The notes under the pieces were generated by a model that was not told the DNA's origin, did no database searches, and saw only the letters and a program-made list of their open reading frames with translations. Of a stretch of 64,000 nt of DNA, positions 26,849 through 41,746 are shown piece by piece. The position numbers and the translations under genes were made by a program. The stretch lies in assembly GCA_040357565.1 (NCBI GenBank), contig JBDODJ010000053.1. The stretch is one strand, 5' to 3'. Source of the DNA: Cercozoa sp. M6MM. Lineage: Eukaryota; Protista; Endomyxa: Ascetosporea. Numbering within the stretch: position 1 is the stretch's first letter; the number at the start of each line of letters is the position of its first letter.

Positions 26849-29800
26849 TCAGCGACGGCGGCGGTAACTGCGGCTGCGGCTGCGGCTGCGACTGCGACTG
26901 CTACTCGCATCACACAGACCCAGACATAGACACAGGCACTCAGACACAACATAGAACCAAAGATACCGAGAGCGCGAGTACGAGCGACGGCGACCGCGAT
27001 CGCGACTTCTGCACAAGAACGGAGATCGCTCAGGCACAGACAAACTACTTCCACATTGGTCACCTTCGGCGGCTGCGGCTGCGCGAGCGACTGCTCGAAG
27101 GAGAGCTGCACAAGCGAGAAATGTGATAAAATGGCCCCCCCCCCCCCCCCGCGGCGGAAAGCATATACCGACGACGGCGATCGCGCATCAACAGCGCCTT
27201 CGCCTTCAGCTTGCTGTCCCTGAGCAAGCAAGTTCGATACTTGTCCTCTCTGAACTCATCCATCATCAGGCCGTACATATTGTCATCGGCGCCACCAGGC
27301 AGCGGACGCGACGGCGGCAACGGGCGGTCGCTGTAGCACACAGAAGAATACACGCAGGTCAACCACCACAAGCACCTAAGCTGGTGAGTACCGCGACGGC
27401 GAACGCGAGCGCGAGCGCGAACGAGGCGATCTAAAATGTACAGTATGTCCACAGATGACACAGAACGATACCACGAGCCGAGCAGTAGCACACCTCGAAC
27501 GCGAGCGCGAACGGCGACGCGAGCGCGATCTACAAGAACACCAAAAACATTGGGCAACGGGCAACGAAGAAAAAAAAACCATAAGTACCTCGAGCGCGAG
27601 TACGAGCGACGACGGCCACGGCTGCGGCTGCGACTGCGATTAGAACTACAACCACGAGTGTACAAACACACACAGGGAAGTGGACTGTTCAACGACATAC
27701 GCAGAGGAGTCCGAGTCCGAAGACGACCAGTCCGACGAGTCCTGTGTGCAAGCATTTAGAAGACTGGGCATACATCGGGGCAACAAGATACGCTAAGCGA
27801 CGAGTCCGACAGGTCCGAGTCCGATTCCTGTCAAACAATCCCAGACGTAACTGTACACAGCATACACGGGTAAGGGACAAAGACAACGCACCTCAAGTGC
27901 GACGCGTTCGCGCGCAATGCGTTCAGCACGCGCCTCGGTCAGTCGCTTGCGCTCCTTGGCCTGTGCAAACGGGGATACAATAGACACCACATGGCATATG
28001 ACGGGGAGGGGGGGGGCACCTCATACTCACGCATGCCACGGGTGAGTTCACCGAGTCCACAGTTGACTGCGCATAGGTACACAGTACAGGGGACACTTGA
28101 CACTGCACAGACACTGTGGTACCAAAGAAGTTGATGGCGAAAACAACATTCGTCAAAGGTGGTTGCATCGGAATGATGCCCTAACAACAAAGCAGTGTCC
28201 TCAGAACATGCATACAAGGAAGGATATGCAGGAGCGTACCTTCAGGTAAGGTCGCAGTTCGGGATCCTGCCAAAGGAGAAAGTACAACGGATAGAAACAA
28301 GCAGACAGAACGAAGGAAGCAACCTCAAGACGGCGCAGCAGCTCCTTCATGCCAAGGTGCTCGTGCAACGACTGGAACAGGTACCTGCAAAAAAACAAAT
28401 TTTGTATACGTCAACACACAGTTATGGGTATAAGGCAAGGCATAGGCAAAGCTACTTGAGGTAGATACGCGACGCAGCGGTCGTGTCCTCGAACGTGAGT
28501 CGAATGTACTCGAACACACTCCACGGCAGCGCATCCGTGAACAGCAGGTGCGCAACTACAGAACAGAACACCGGGATCAACACTGTGTGCCCAAAGCAAG
28601 GCAGATGGTATTACACAGCCGAGCAACGTTCTCGAGTCGCTTGGTCTCCAAACGGTGCGCCAGCTACGTCGCCGTCATGAGCGAGCAACACTATCCACAA
28701 GACAGAGCAGACACAGTACCTGGTACTGCCGGCCAAACAGCTCGTCAAATGCGGCCTTGTAGTCGACCTGGATGCAGAAAACACACACACATACAACACG
28801 TAGAAAGACACATGGCACTCAGGCTACGAACGAGTCTACCTGAAGCTTGCACAGACGCTCGGCCAACAGACCGTGGTGCTTGATGTACACCTGCAAGAAA
28901 CGCACAGTGCGCATCAGATCACACGCAGCAAACAAGTGAAACACGCACGCACCTTTTCGTACGCCGTCTTCTTGACGATCATTTGCGCAACCAGCGGAAT
29001 CACGTTGGGGCGATCCAGGTACTACACAGCAAGGCACGGTGTCTTCGTCCCGGCGCACAAAGAAAATCAACACTGGAGCCTGTGACACCTTCATCAGCTT
29101 GTGCGCAGTTTCTTCGAAGTGAATCGACGACATCTGTTATACGCACACACAGAGTATGAAACACACACAACAGCGAGGTGACAAAGGTTGCAAGCACCAT
29201 GATCTGGAAGATGCGTTGCTGCAATGCGATCTGCTCCTCGTCACTCATGTCGACGACCTGCAGGTTGCCACCTTCGGCGTTCGTAAAGGCCGTGGCGGGC
29301 GCCAGTGTCGACTTCAGTTGCTCCTGCCCCTGCTCTGGCTGCGCGCCGCCTCGCACCAGTTCGTCCTCCTGTTCCACAAACGTGCATAACAGAGATACAC
29401 ACCACACAATATGCCATGATCAAAGTGTACAAGGTCAGCGTCGTCAAGGTCACTCTCGTCACTCTCGTCGCTGCTCGCTTCGCTCTCGCTCTCGCCAAGG
29501 ATCTGATTTGACAGAGTCGTACAAGTACTTGCACGCATGAATACCAGCACCACGTACGAAGAAAGTAAAGCAAGGCTACCTCATGCTTGATCTCGCGGTA
29601 GAGTTCCTCGTTCATCTGGAATTCCGGGTCGAATTTGAACACGTCGAGCTCTGCAACAAGAGTAAGTCCAGTTGGGATTGGTTTAAATGTACGGCTAAAG
29701 TACGCTTCTCGACATCCGGCTTCTCATCCAGATTCAGCGAGTCTGTACATCAGACAAGAATACCTGCGAATCATAGTTCACAGAATGACCGCAAAATTAG

Positions 29801-30065
29801 GCTACGCGTGATGGCGTCGTCGCTTTCCACCAGATCCAACGCTACAAAACAGTATTTGACTCGACTTGTTGTCTCGGAGAAACGATAGAAAAACAAGTAC
29901 CCTCGGTGACACGCGGGTACTTTTCGTAATCGTTCTTGCGCACAGCGAACAAGGCCTGCACGCTCAAATGGATACGGTCCTTCTTCGAGAGAAAGAAGCA
30001 GGCGCTACCTCGATGGTGTACTGAGTACGCTTCTCGAGTCCCTCGCCCTAATTTGCAGTATTAAC

Positions 30066-30116
<51 letters not shown>

Positions 30117-31591
30117 GCACACACACACACACGCACGAACACGCACGCAAGCACACACACACACGCACACACACAGTACAAGTAAAAGGCAAACGCACGT
30201 CCTGGAGAATGTTGCGCAGTCGCTCAAACACGGAGCGCTCACCCTAAGACATAAATAGCATGACAAAACGATACTGGCCGATGGCGAACGATATAACAAC
30301 AATGAGAATATGGGCTACCTGCGGCGACAGGAGCTTCAACGCGGCACCGCACTCACGCAGGAACGTGATCGCCACCTACAGAGTGAGAATAGAGCAAAAT
30401 GGGAGTCGAGGCAAACAAGGAAAATACCTCAACGGAGTCATCCGTCGGGTTCTCCAACAGAAGGATCAGCAATCTACACAGTCAGCGTGTGCAACATATG
30501 ACAATCAACTTTCTCAGTCAACCGTACTGGAGGGCAAGCAGTTCGGCAGCCACGTACTACGCGTGTGGACATTAAAGACACCGGCATACATACAATACGA
30601 CACACATCAACAAGGGGCATACCTGGTTGACGAGGTGGGCCAGGAAACGCACCAGCGGCAGCAACAACTGCTTGTTGTTTCGCTTCCACGCGCGCTACAC
30701 ATACACAGCAGCAAGATACCACTACACCCAAGACACACCGACATACAAAGCACCCAGATACCTGAATCTGGTAAACGACACGCGATAGCAGCAGCTTGCC
30801 GAGCTGCGGCACCTACTCCGCAAGACAGAAACAATGAGGCAACACAGAGAAACAGTACTGCTAAGTATGAGTAGGCTACCTTTGAGTTTAGCACAGCAAC
30901 AACGGCGGCGTACACCGGCGACATCGAAGGCGCACTCAACTACACACGCACACACAGCAAGAAATTACCCAGTGCCAAAACACAGTATATAACTGACCAG
31001 AGCACGCATCACAGAGCGGCAGAACAGACCGCGGCCACGCACCTGGTGGAAAAGCCAAACACGCATATACCTCTCTTCCAAGGTACGAACCGAGAAGAAA
31101 GTTACAAGGTTCTGCTGGAACAGCTCGACAACGATCTCGCGAATGTTGTCGTCAGCCACCTACAAGAAACAAGTATGTTTGTGTGCAGCAACATTTGGGT
31201 TATTGTCTACCTTGTTCACGAGGCCGTGAATGGAGCGACGCAACGCCTCCCAGCGCACGCGCTGGTAGCCCTGTTCCCCACGTTACACTTCTTCAAAACA
31301 CAAAAAAACAAAAGCACAGGTTGAGCTCAATTCACCTCGTCCTGCGGGCCGCGCTGCGCCAATGCCTGTTCGATATGAGCACATTTAACAATCAACAACG
31401 CAGCCAAATGTATAGGCGTACCTCCAATTCCGCGCGACGGCGATGCGGCGGCACGTAGACGCCACCAGCGCGTGTGGAAACTAGCCGTGAATAAAAAAAA
31501 ACAATCCAAAAAGCAAAACAGAATGCATATCACTCGCATTAAAACATCCACACAGTGTTTCACACAGTGTTGCAGTACCCTGGGCACTCAT
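26849..31591 (-). CDS. CWC22: Pre-mRNA splicing factor CWC22 (MIF4G + MA3 domains, SD- and RS-rich tail), multi-exon
   Basis: TRAGGVYVPPHR, WEALRRSIHGLVNK, VRGRGLFCRS, YAAVVAVLNSK, FLAHLVNQ, FKFDPEF, MSSIHFEETAHKLMK, HGLLAERLCKL, FAINFF, IGLG; RS dipeptide tail. Confidence 0.93.
30069..30174 (-). repeat. Intronic (TG)n microsatellite (CWC22)
   Basis: (CA)n on +. Confidence 0.95.
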
Positions 31592-31927
31592 GATGACGAC
31601 GCTGCGTTCAGAGGGTCGAGTTATCCGTCACTTGAATTAACAGGACACACGACACGTGAGAGCTTAGTGCCACCACGTAGGTACTCACTAAGTTGCTCTT
31701 GTCACGCGGAACACCGTGGCGTCTCGATAGCGTCCCCGCCAACATTTTGTCGCACCCTTAACTTTTTTGACGCTTCCTTAAATTCTAGAGAACAGAAGAT
31801 CTAGCCGTCTGCCGGGCCCCAGGCGTGTACAGTGGCGCGTGTGTGTGAGCTTCTTTAGGTCAGGAGTAGTCGTGAAGCCTCTATTGGCGCGTTTTCTCTT
31901 TTCTGAGAAAATCCACACACAGCCACG
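31592..31927. promoter_or_regulatory. Putative bidirectional promoter CWC22/RPB1
   Basis: About 336 bp between divergent ATGs; contains TTGGCGCG (E2F-like, unverified). Confidence 0.5.
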
Positions 31928-33689
31928 ATGGTGCGATACCAGGGCACCCAAGAGGATGACTCCCAAATGGAGAAGCGGGACGTGCGTCGTGGTACACCTT
32001 TAGTTGCCCAAGCACCTCATAAAATACCATTATACCATCATTTCACGTTCCAACAACACGCTTCGTTCGTGTATGTTTTTGTTTCTGCCACACAGTGCAG
32101 TTCGGTGTGTTGTCACCTGATGACATCCGCGCCATGTCTGTTGTCGAGGTACTGCACTTGTTTTCTGTCGTTGTATCGTCGATAAACATCGTCGACACAG
32201 GTGAAGTTCGCTTCGACTTTGGACAATGGCGTCCCAAAACCACACGGTAAGTTTCCTCTTTTGTGTGTCGTATCCGTCTACACTTTGATGGGTTTTATTG
32301 TACTGTAGGCTTGCTGGACCTTCGCATGGGTACTACAGACCGCGGACAGACGTGCAACACCTGTACGATTCCAATGAAATCAGTTTGTGCACCCTGTTAT
32401 ACTCGCTCTGTTTTGCAGGCGGTGGCGACATGAACTCGTGTCCGGGTTAGTTCTTTACTCTCAAGCAATCTGTGTGTGTGCACATATGCATCTCTTGATT
32501 ACAGGCCACTTTGCCCACATTGAGTTGGCGCGTCCGTGCTTCCACATCGGTTGGATGAAGCAGGTACCTTTTGATAACCTTGCTTATGTCAAGGTCTTTC
32601 CGTCTATGGTTGACACGAAGGTGATGCGCATTCTCCGATGCACGTGCTTCCACTGCTCACGTCTGCTCATTGGTATGCCATCGCCATAGATATGTTCTGT
32701 CTGGCATTGTTTGTTTTGTGTCTCTGATTTCATGTCCGTGTTCTGACAGACCCGTCCAATCCGAAGCACAAGGCCGCGTGGACGCGTGTGCTGCGAGAGG
32801 TACTCTCTCTCTCTGCGCTGAAGACCATGATGTTTTGCTGATTTACAATTCACAATGAGCAGACAAACCCGAAGAAGCGACTGGCTGCTCTGGCTTCTGT
32901 ATGTTCACTCTCAATTTCGCCCTGTCTGCGTGTCATTCAAACGCGTGCGTACAGGTGTGCACACGCATTAAGCGCTGTGGCGACCGTTCTTCAAACCAGG
33001 ACGAAGCGTCGCACACAGGCTGCGGTGGACACCAGCCAACGTATCTTCTCTATTAAGGCAGTCAAATCTAGGATTTGAATTTCCTTGCAGATATCGACGG
33101 AAGGAAGCGATCAAAATCGAAGCGCGCTACGACGAAAAGGTCGCTCTCGAACGCAGGTGAATTACTCTTTGTTCCGTTTTTAGCTGTTCGAAAGTATTCT
33201 ACGCTATCAAATGACAGCGTGGACCGTGTTCGCATGCTGTCGGCGCAGAAAGTGCACTCGATCTTCAAGCGCATCTCTGTAGAGCACCCTTCTTGTTTAG
33301 TGGACATCTGGTCTTGCGATGGTGTTTGTGTTATGCGGACAGGAACAAGACGCGCGTGTGATGGGCTTCAACCCGGCGTTTGTGCGGCCCGAGTACCTTG
33401 TGCTCACAGTCCTTGCCGTCAGTCCTCCGGCAGTGCGTCCGTCCGTGTCGGTCGGCGACACTGGCATGTCCAGCAGTGATGACATCACGCACAAGCTGGC
33501 CGACATCATCAAGACGAACGAGCAGCTGAAGCGTCGGCAGGCGCAAGGTGCTGCCTGTTGCTTGTTTCGTTGTATTTCTGTGGATGCAACACGTATGCAT
33601 AGGCGTTGCCGAGCACATCCTGTCCGACCTTGTGAACCTGCTGCAGTACCACGTGACCACCATGGTCGACAACGAGGTACGTGTTTGCG

Positions 33690-33744
<55 letters not shown>

Positions 33745-36700
33745 GTGTGTGTGTTCAAGGCGACTGTACACCCTCTGTGTGTTCCAGGTGCCTGGCCTGC
33801 CGGTGGCCAAGCAGAAGGGCGGCAAGCCGATCAAGTCACTCCGACAACGACTCGTAACTTTCGAATTGTTACCACGAGCACTGCGCGAGCACTGGGTGTA
33901 TGTGCGCTAATGTAGGTCGGCAAGGCTGGCCGCGTTCGTGGCAACCTGATGGTACTAACTGTTGGACTTCTATTTTCTTGAATGTGACACTGTGCGGTGA
34001 TACAGGGCAAACGCGTTAATTTCTCGGCGCGAACGGTCATCGGAGGTGATCCGAACCTCTCCATCGCACAGGTACCATCTGCATTTGAGTCCTGTCTCCC
34101 GTGTTCGAGATATCATCTGGCTCGACACAGGTCGGTGTGCCGAGAAGCATCGCGAAGGAACTCACCTTCCCAGAACGTGTCACCAAGTACCTTGTGCTGC
34201 GCATGTGTATGATTAGTGGGTTCTAATACAAACGTTGTAGCTTCAACATGGACCATATCCGCCGTCTCATCGATAACGGCCCTGATGTGACTTCCTCTCA
34301 TAGATACGGCTAGCCTCACTTTTGGTGCTTTTGTATTCTATGTGTGCCACAGAAACACCCAGGCGCTCGCACCATTATTCGCAATGACGGTGTGCATTAT
34401 CCAGGTCACTATAATTACCTGCCAGTATTATGCATGCTGGAGCAGGTCAGCTGATTGACTTAAATTACGTGCGTGCTCGTGGTGACCTGCACCTTGAGGT
34501 ATGTGCATGTGCGTCACATGTGTCAGTATCTGTGAAGCTCTGCCCCTACTTCTTCGCAGACTGGCTACGTGGTCGAGCGACACATTCAGGACGGCGACGT
34601 TGTCATCTTCAACCGTCAGCCGACGCTGCATAAAATGTCTATGATGGCACATCGGGTCAAGGTATCCCACTTTTGCGCATGTATGTATGGTGCTCTTGTT
34701 TTGTGAGGCTAGTGTTTTTCCAGATCCTACCGTACTCAACATTCCGACTCAACCTGTCCGTGACGACGCCGTACAACGCCGATTTCGATGGTACCGATCT
34801 GCCTTCCAGTGTCTCCGTCTTGTGCTTTGGTAACATCCGGCGATCTAGGTGACGAAATGAACCTGCACGTGCCGCAGTCGCACCTCACGCGTTCCGAGTG
34901 TCTCAACCTCATGGTCCACACAATTCAATGCGCACAAATACTGCCGCCTTGTTGGACACGTTGGGGTCTCTGAGCAGGCTGTGCCACGCATGATTGTGAC
35001 GCCGCAGTCAAACCGTCCTGTCATGGGCATCGTGCAGGTACCTAGACCTGACCAGGGCAGCTTTGTTTGTTGCTGCGACTGCCCTGATGTGTCCTGGTGT
35101 AGGACACACTGCTCGGCGTGATGAAGTTCACCAAGCGCGACATGTTCTTTGGTATCTACCAGCAGTGCCTTCTGTACCCCCCCCCCCCCATTTGTATGCG
35201 AACTGATGCATGCCATGCAGACAAGAAGGACGTGATGAATCTGCTGATGTGGCTTGACACCGATGAGAAGGAGTCGTCTTGGGACGGCAAGCTGCCAATG
35301 CCTGCAATCGTGCATCCGACGCCGCTTTGGTCGGTACCGCGTGTTCCTCTGTTGTGAACACAAATCTGTGCATCCTCGCTCTCATACGCTCAATCTGACA
35401 GGGCAAGCAACTCTTCAGTATCGTGACACCCAAGGTCAACATGGAGGTATGCATTGCTTTTAAGACCGGCCTTGTTCGTGGATCGCCTGATCCGTACCGT
35501 AGGGCACCTCGTCTACGCACCCCGATGATGAGAACGACTACCTCTCGGTCACGGTACCTGCTTTCCTCGCAAACTTGTGCTCTATCATGTGCTCTTTGGA
35601 ACGTAGGACACGCGTGTGCGCATCGAGGACGGCGACCTGCTCATGGGCATCATCGACAAGCGAACGCTCGGTACGTGGTCTTGCGTGTTTGTCTGACCAG
35701 TGTTTACACTGCTGCCGCCACACAGGTCGCTCCATGGGCTCGTTGATCCACGTCATCTTCAACGAGAAGGTAACTGCTCCCCGTTTCACTTTGTGTACTT
35801 TGTATCGCTCACGCACTTAGGGACCGAACGCGTGCAAGCTGTTCGTTGATGAGGTGCAGTTGCTGGTGACGTCGTTCCTGCTGAACTTCCAGTCGATGAC
35901 CATCGGTGCTGCGCTGGCTCCGCACCCACTGTCTCACCGAGTTGATGTGCGTGTCTGTGTACAGGTGTGGGTGACACCATCGCTGACTCGCGCACGCTGC
36001 GTCGTATCGACCGCACCATCGGCGCGGTACGTGTGCTGGGTCCTGTTCTCTGTTGTCTGAGTGGTGCCCATGTAGGCCTACACGGATGTCGACGACGTGA
36101 TCGAGCAGGCGCGTAAGGGAGATTTGGAGCGTGATCCTGGTACTACTCAATGATCGCCGTCCTGCTTACTTGCGACGACTTGAGTCTTGGCGTAGGTGAA
36201 ACTCTGGTGTCCACGTTCGAGAACAAGGTGAACCGGCTGCTAAACGAAGCCATGAACAAGACTGGTACTTCTTCTGCCAGGATAGCGACCGTGCGGGTAC
36301 GTGTGCATACCTGCAGGTAAGGCGGTCAAGGCCGCATTGCGCCGAGACAACAACATCAAGGCAATGGTCGAGGCCGGCAGTAAGGGCAACCTCATCAACG
36401 TCGCCCAGATCATCGGTATACCCTTCTCGGATTGTACCTGTGTTTTCTGCGTGTCATACCCGCATGCGCACAGGCTGTGTCGGCCAGCAGAACGTACAAG
36501 GCAAACGAATTCCGTTCGGTTTCCGCGACCGTTCGCTGCCTCACTTCACCAAGGGTACCCTTCACGCAGTCTCGTTTGTGTCCAGTGCACGCATGTGTGT
36601 GATTGGTGTAGGTGATGTCGGTCCTGCCTCGCGTGGCTACGTATTGCACCAACATTTCTGGTGATGAAGGTGTCTTGGATAACCCTTTTGTTTTCCTGCA

Positions 36701-39700
36701 GGTGGCTCGTTCCTACCTGCGTGGTTTGACGCCGTACGAAGTCTTCTTCCACGTATTTAATCCATCCCGTGCTTTTGCAAACTGCGATATGTGCATGCTC
36801 TATGCCAACTGGAGCAGGCCATGGGTGGTCGTGAGGGTCTCGTCGATACTGCCGTGAAGACGGCCGAGACGGGCTACATCCAGCGACGTCTGGTCAAGGC
36901 GATGGAGGACGTCACTGTGTGCTACGACGGTACTGTGCGCAACAGTCTCGGCGGTATCATGCAGTTCCTCTACGGCGAGGTAGACTTTCTTTTCTTGTTG
37001 TCTTGGGTAGGGTTTCCGTGTATTATCCGCTATATACGCATAGGACGGCATGGACGGTGCTCACATTGAAGCGCAGAAGCTGGACATTATTACCATGAGG
37101 TACAGCGCACACAAACCCCAGTGTGAACTCCTTGGATTTGCATGTGCAGCGACGAGACATTCCGTCGCACGTTCCACTTCTCGCTTGACGAAGTCGAAGG
37201 CGCCTGCTCGCATAAGGTATGCTCGCTCCGTTTGTGCCACTGGTTGCGGTGTCCATGTTTACTGTGTGAAGGTGCGCCGACGCATCGAAACCGACGAGCG
37301 CGCACTCCAGGTACCACCACCACCGGGGTGCATGTATGAACACAAGTCACTCCCGCATTTGTGCTTGTGTTCCGCAGGACCTGGAAGACGAGTACGCGCA
37401 ACTGCAGTTCGACCGAAAGCTGCTGCGCAAGGAGATCTGGCCGCTACTGGACCATTCGACAAAGGTGTACCTGCCGGTGAACCTGCGACGTCTAATCTGG
37501 AGTGCGCAGCGCAAGTACACCGACGAGTCCTTGTCCGCTGTCGACCCGGTCACCGTCATCCGGTAGCTGCCAACTTATTCACCTGGTCTCTCATCTCGTT
37601 TCTTGTGTGTATATCGGTCTCGTTGTAGGGCTGTGCGTGAGGTATGCGAAACCGCGCTCAACGTCGTGCCGCATGCGCGAACCAGGTGCGTGTCTTTCTG
37701 TGGTGTACCCTAGTGTGTCCCGGTCCAAGCATTTGCTGTGTGCAGCGACGACGAGTTGTCGAGCGACGCACAACGCAACGCGACGCTGCTGTTCGCGATG
37801 CTGCTGCGATCCATCCTGTCCAGGTATTTATATCTCAACAGTAGTGTGTACCTCGTGTAACCCTGGGTGTCTGCAGTAAACGAGTGTGTCTGGAGTGGCG
37901 ACTCACGCCGGATGGTACTTTTCTGTCAAGGTCAGTTTGTGTCGTCAATGGTCAATGTGTCACGTTCGTGCAATAGCGTTCAACTGGGTGCTGGGTTCCG
38001 TCCGCACGCAGGTACTTTCGTCTGTTCTTGTATTTACTTAGTAATTAATGTGTATGCTGCAGTTTGCGACGGCCCGCGCGCATGCTGGCGAAATGGTCGG
38101 CGTGCTTGCCGCTCAGAGTATCGGTGAACCCGTAAGGCTCTCTCGCTCTTCCCCTTGTGCTAGTGCTCGTGTCATTGTATGTGCATGTTGTACATGTAGG
38201 CCACGCAAATGACACTGAACACCTTCCACTTTGCCGGTACACTCGTGTGTTCCTCGATACCATAGACTGTTGATTACGCTCGCACGGTGTGACAGGTTAC
38301 TCCGGCAAGAACGTGACGCTCGGTGTGCCTCGTCTGCGCGAGTACTGCCTTTGTTCCGTAGTCCCTGTTTGAGTCCAATATGTTCTTGTGCCGTTGACAG
38401 ACTGATCAACGTGGCCAAGACGATCAAGACGCCGTCATTGACGTATGCACTGCTGCATAATGTTCGTGGACAGTGAATTGAGTGTGATGCTGGCTTAGTG
38501 TGTACCTCACGCCTGAGTTCCGTCAAGACAAGAGCACTGCACATACCGTGCGTTTTACCTGTTGTACGATATCTGCTCTTGCATGTGTTTCTGTTGATAG
38601 GTCGGTAACCGACTCGAGTTCGTGCGACTGGGCGACCTCGTGATCAAGACGCAGGTACTTTCTGTTCGTGCACCAACGTCTGCACTTGTGTACGTGTGTG
38701 CTTGTAGCTCTTCTACGACCCGGAGCCAGACAACTCGACCATCGTGCAGGATCGCAAGTGGTACCAACGCTCGTCCGCCTGGCGTGAGTAAGTATCCACA
38801 GGTGTATTGCTGAACTGGCAGGCTGGAGGATGTGTTCGACCCGGATTTGCGCGCTGACGACGACATCAAACCTGAGGTACGTCGTACTTGTGTGTCTATG
38901 CTTGTGATGTCTGTTGAGCTTTGCCTATTGCAGGAACTGTCGCCGTGGCTGCTTCGTATCGAGTTGGACATGCCGACGCGTGATTTCAAGGGTGCCTCTT
39001 ACGTGTTTGTGTCTCCACGTCCTACCTGTGTACGTGTGTATGTCTGTCTTGTACAGGTCTCAGCAACGCCATGATCGCTGACCGAATCAACACTGACTTC
39101 GACTCGCTCTTGTACTGATTTGCACATGCAGCACGCAGCTTTGTATCGTGTGTGTACGGCATGAGTATATGTCGTTATGTAGGTACTGCGTGGCATCGCC
39201 CGACAACTACAAGAGCGCTGTGCTGCAGGTGCGCATGATCCAGCGCGACGAGGATACCGCCGAAGGCGCCATGGGTACGCACACGCTGTTCTTGCATAAT
39301 GTACCAATGCGCATGCACACACACGCGCCCGTGCGCAGATGACGACGCTGATGATGTCGCATTGTTGAAGAAGATTGAGTCGCTCTTGTTGGACAAGATT
39401 GAACTGGCGGTGTGTTACTCCGTATATCACTCAGTTGCTGTGTGTTGTATCTTCTGCGTTTCAACAGGGTCTGCCCGGCATTGGCAAGGTGTTCACGCAC
39501 GAGGAGACCACCTACGATGTACGTCACTTCCCATCCCTGTGTGTGTTTACTGGCAGCCCACTGTATACCAGGTGGATCCAAAGACTGGTGGCATCGTTGA
39601 AGGCAAGGAAGTCGTTCTTGACACGGTACGCAGGCGTTTTGTTTTGTTTGATTATCGCATGTTTGCAACACGTGCGGGTGAGTAGGAAGGCTGCCAGCTG

Positions 39701-40961
39701 CTGCGAGCACTTGCTATTGACGGTATTTGGATTGTTCACGGTGTTCCTGTACTTGTGTAGGTATCATGATGTTTGTAATTCCCAAAGGTGTGGACCCTTA
39801 CCGCACGAGAAGTAACGACATCAGCGAGATTCTCGAGGTACTCGTCAGGTGTGCCACTGCCTTGTGTGTCTCATTCTACGTGTCTGAAACAGGTTTTCGG
39901 TATTGAGGCTGCGCGCAAGGCGCTGTTTGACGAGATTCGACGTGTTATCTCGGTAGTCCCTCGTCTATGTGGTTACGTATGTCTGTGTATGTGTTTGTAT
40001 TTGTGTGCAGTTCGATGGTTCGTACGTGAACTACCGTCACCTGGCGATCCTCGTCGACGTCATGACGTGCGAGGGTCATCTCATGAGCATCACGCGCAAC
40101 GGCATCAACGCACGTGAGACGGGCCCGCTGATGCGGTGCGTCTCAAATGTTTGATCTCTAGAGGATCGACTTTATTTCACACACTGCACAGCTGCTCATT
40201 CGAGGAGACCGTCGAAATTCTGATGGAGGCCGCTGCCTTTGCCGAGACTGACCACCTGCGGGTACCTTCTCTTTGCCTTGTGTGCGTGCGTGCGTGCGTG
40301 TGTGCGTTTGTGTGTCGATACGCATCCCTGCCTGTGCCGGTAGGGTGTGTCGGAGCGAATTATCCTGGGCCGCGTTGCTCCGGCGGGCACGGGTGTGTTC
40401 TCGATGGTGCTCGACATCGACTCACTCAAGAACGCCGTGCACATCGAGGCCAAGGAGGCCTGGGAGGCCGATATTGTAACGCACAGCTTTCTCGCCGCTT
40501 GCAGTTGTATTGTGTTCATGTTTGCCTTCCTTGTTTTGTTGCACACAGGCACTCGGCGGCGACCTGGCGGTGCGTGGCTTTGTTCCTATTCACCTTGGCG
40601 TTGGTGTCTTTGTATGTTTGTGAGAATTACAGGCCGCTGACGAGGCGTTGCGTGCGCTTTCGCCGGTGTACGATGCCTCTGGCGGCGCGGGTAAAGACAT
40701 TGTGTGAGTGTGTATCATGCTGTATCATTGGTGTATTTGTGTGTCTGCAGGTGTGATGATGACGGACGCTGCCATGGTTGGATCCTTCTCGCCGGTCGTG
40801 CAACATGGCGGTACGCATCAGTTCGGCGGTTCAGTTGGGTGGCAGTCAACCAGTCGAAATGTCTGTGTGCTTGTGTAGAAGCGGAGGGAGGACAAGCGGC
40901 ATCGCCTGCTTACGTCGCCTCACCCGTACTCTTACTTGTAGCTGTGGCTGCCTGCGAGTAC

Positions 40962-41011
<50 letters not shown>

Positions 41012-41021
41012 NNNNNNNNNN

Positions 41022-41071
<50 letters not shown>

Positions 41072-41689
41072 CTTGTCTGTCGCAGGAATACGCACCGGCC
41101 TCTCCGTCCTACGAACCATCGGCGGCGTCGCCAGTACGCTGACATGTGCATCGAAGGCCAGGGTAGATATGTGAGCATCCTGTGTTTGTGTAGGCGTACT
41201 CGCCTGCGTCGCCTGCCTACAATGCTGCGTCACCCGGCTACTCGCCCGTACATTTTGTCATGTTGTAATTGCGTTAGTTGTGGAGTTCACTTAGACTTCG
41301 CCGGCGTATGAGGCAACATCGCCGGGCTACTCGCCAACCTCACCTGGTGCATACAGCTGGCATCTAGATGTATATACGTGTGTGTGTGTGTGTGCGACGG
41401 TGTGAACAGGTTACAGTCCGACGTCGCCTGGGTACTCGCCCACGTCGCCTGGCTACTCGCCGGTACTGCTTGATCCTGAGAATGCAGTATTTGTTATACC
41501 TTTGGTTCGTGTTTATAAACAGACGTCGCCCGGATACTCTCCGACGTCGCCTGGTACTTTGTTTGGAAGCATGTGCGTGTGGACGTGATTGACGTGCTTT
41601 TGAATGACAGGTTACTCGCCAACCTCGCCTGGCTACTCGCCAACTTCGCCTGGCTACTCTCCAGTAGGCTGGCTGCCTTGTGTGTATGT

Positions 41690-41746
<57 letters not shown>

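Noticed and set aside
39723-39788. Internal AG|GT suggesting recursive splicing in RPB1
   Set aside because: The halves (about 38 and 28 nt) are below the local intron size; one 66-nt intron explains it.
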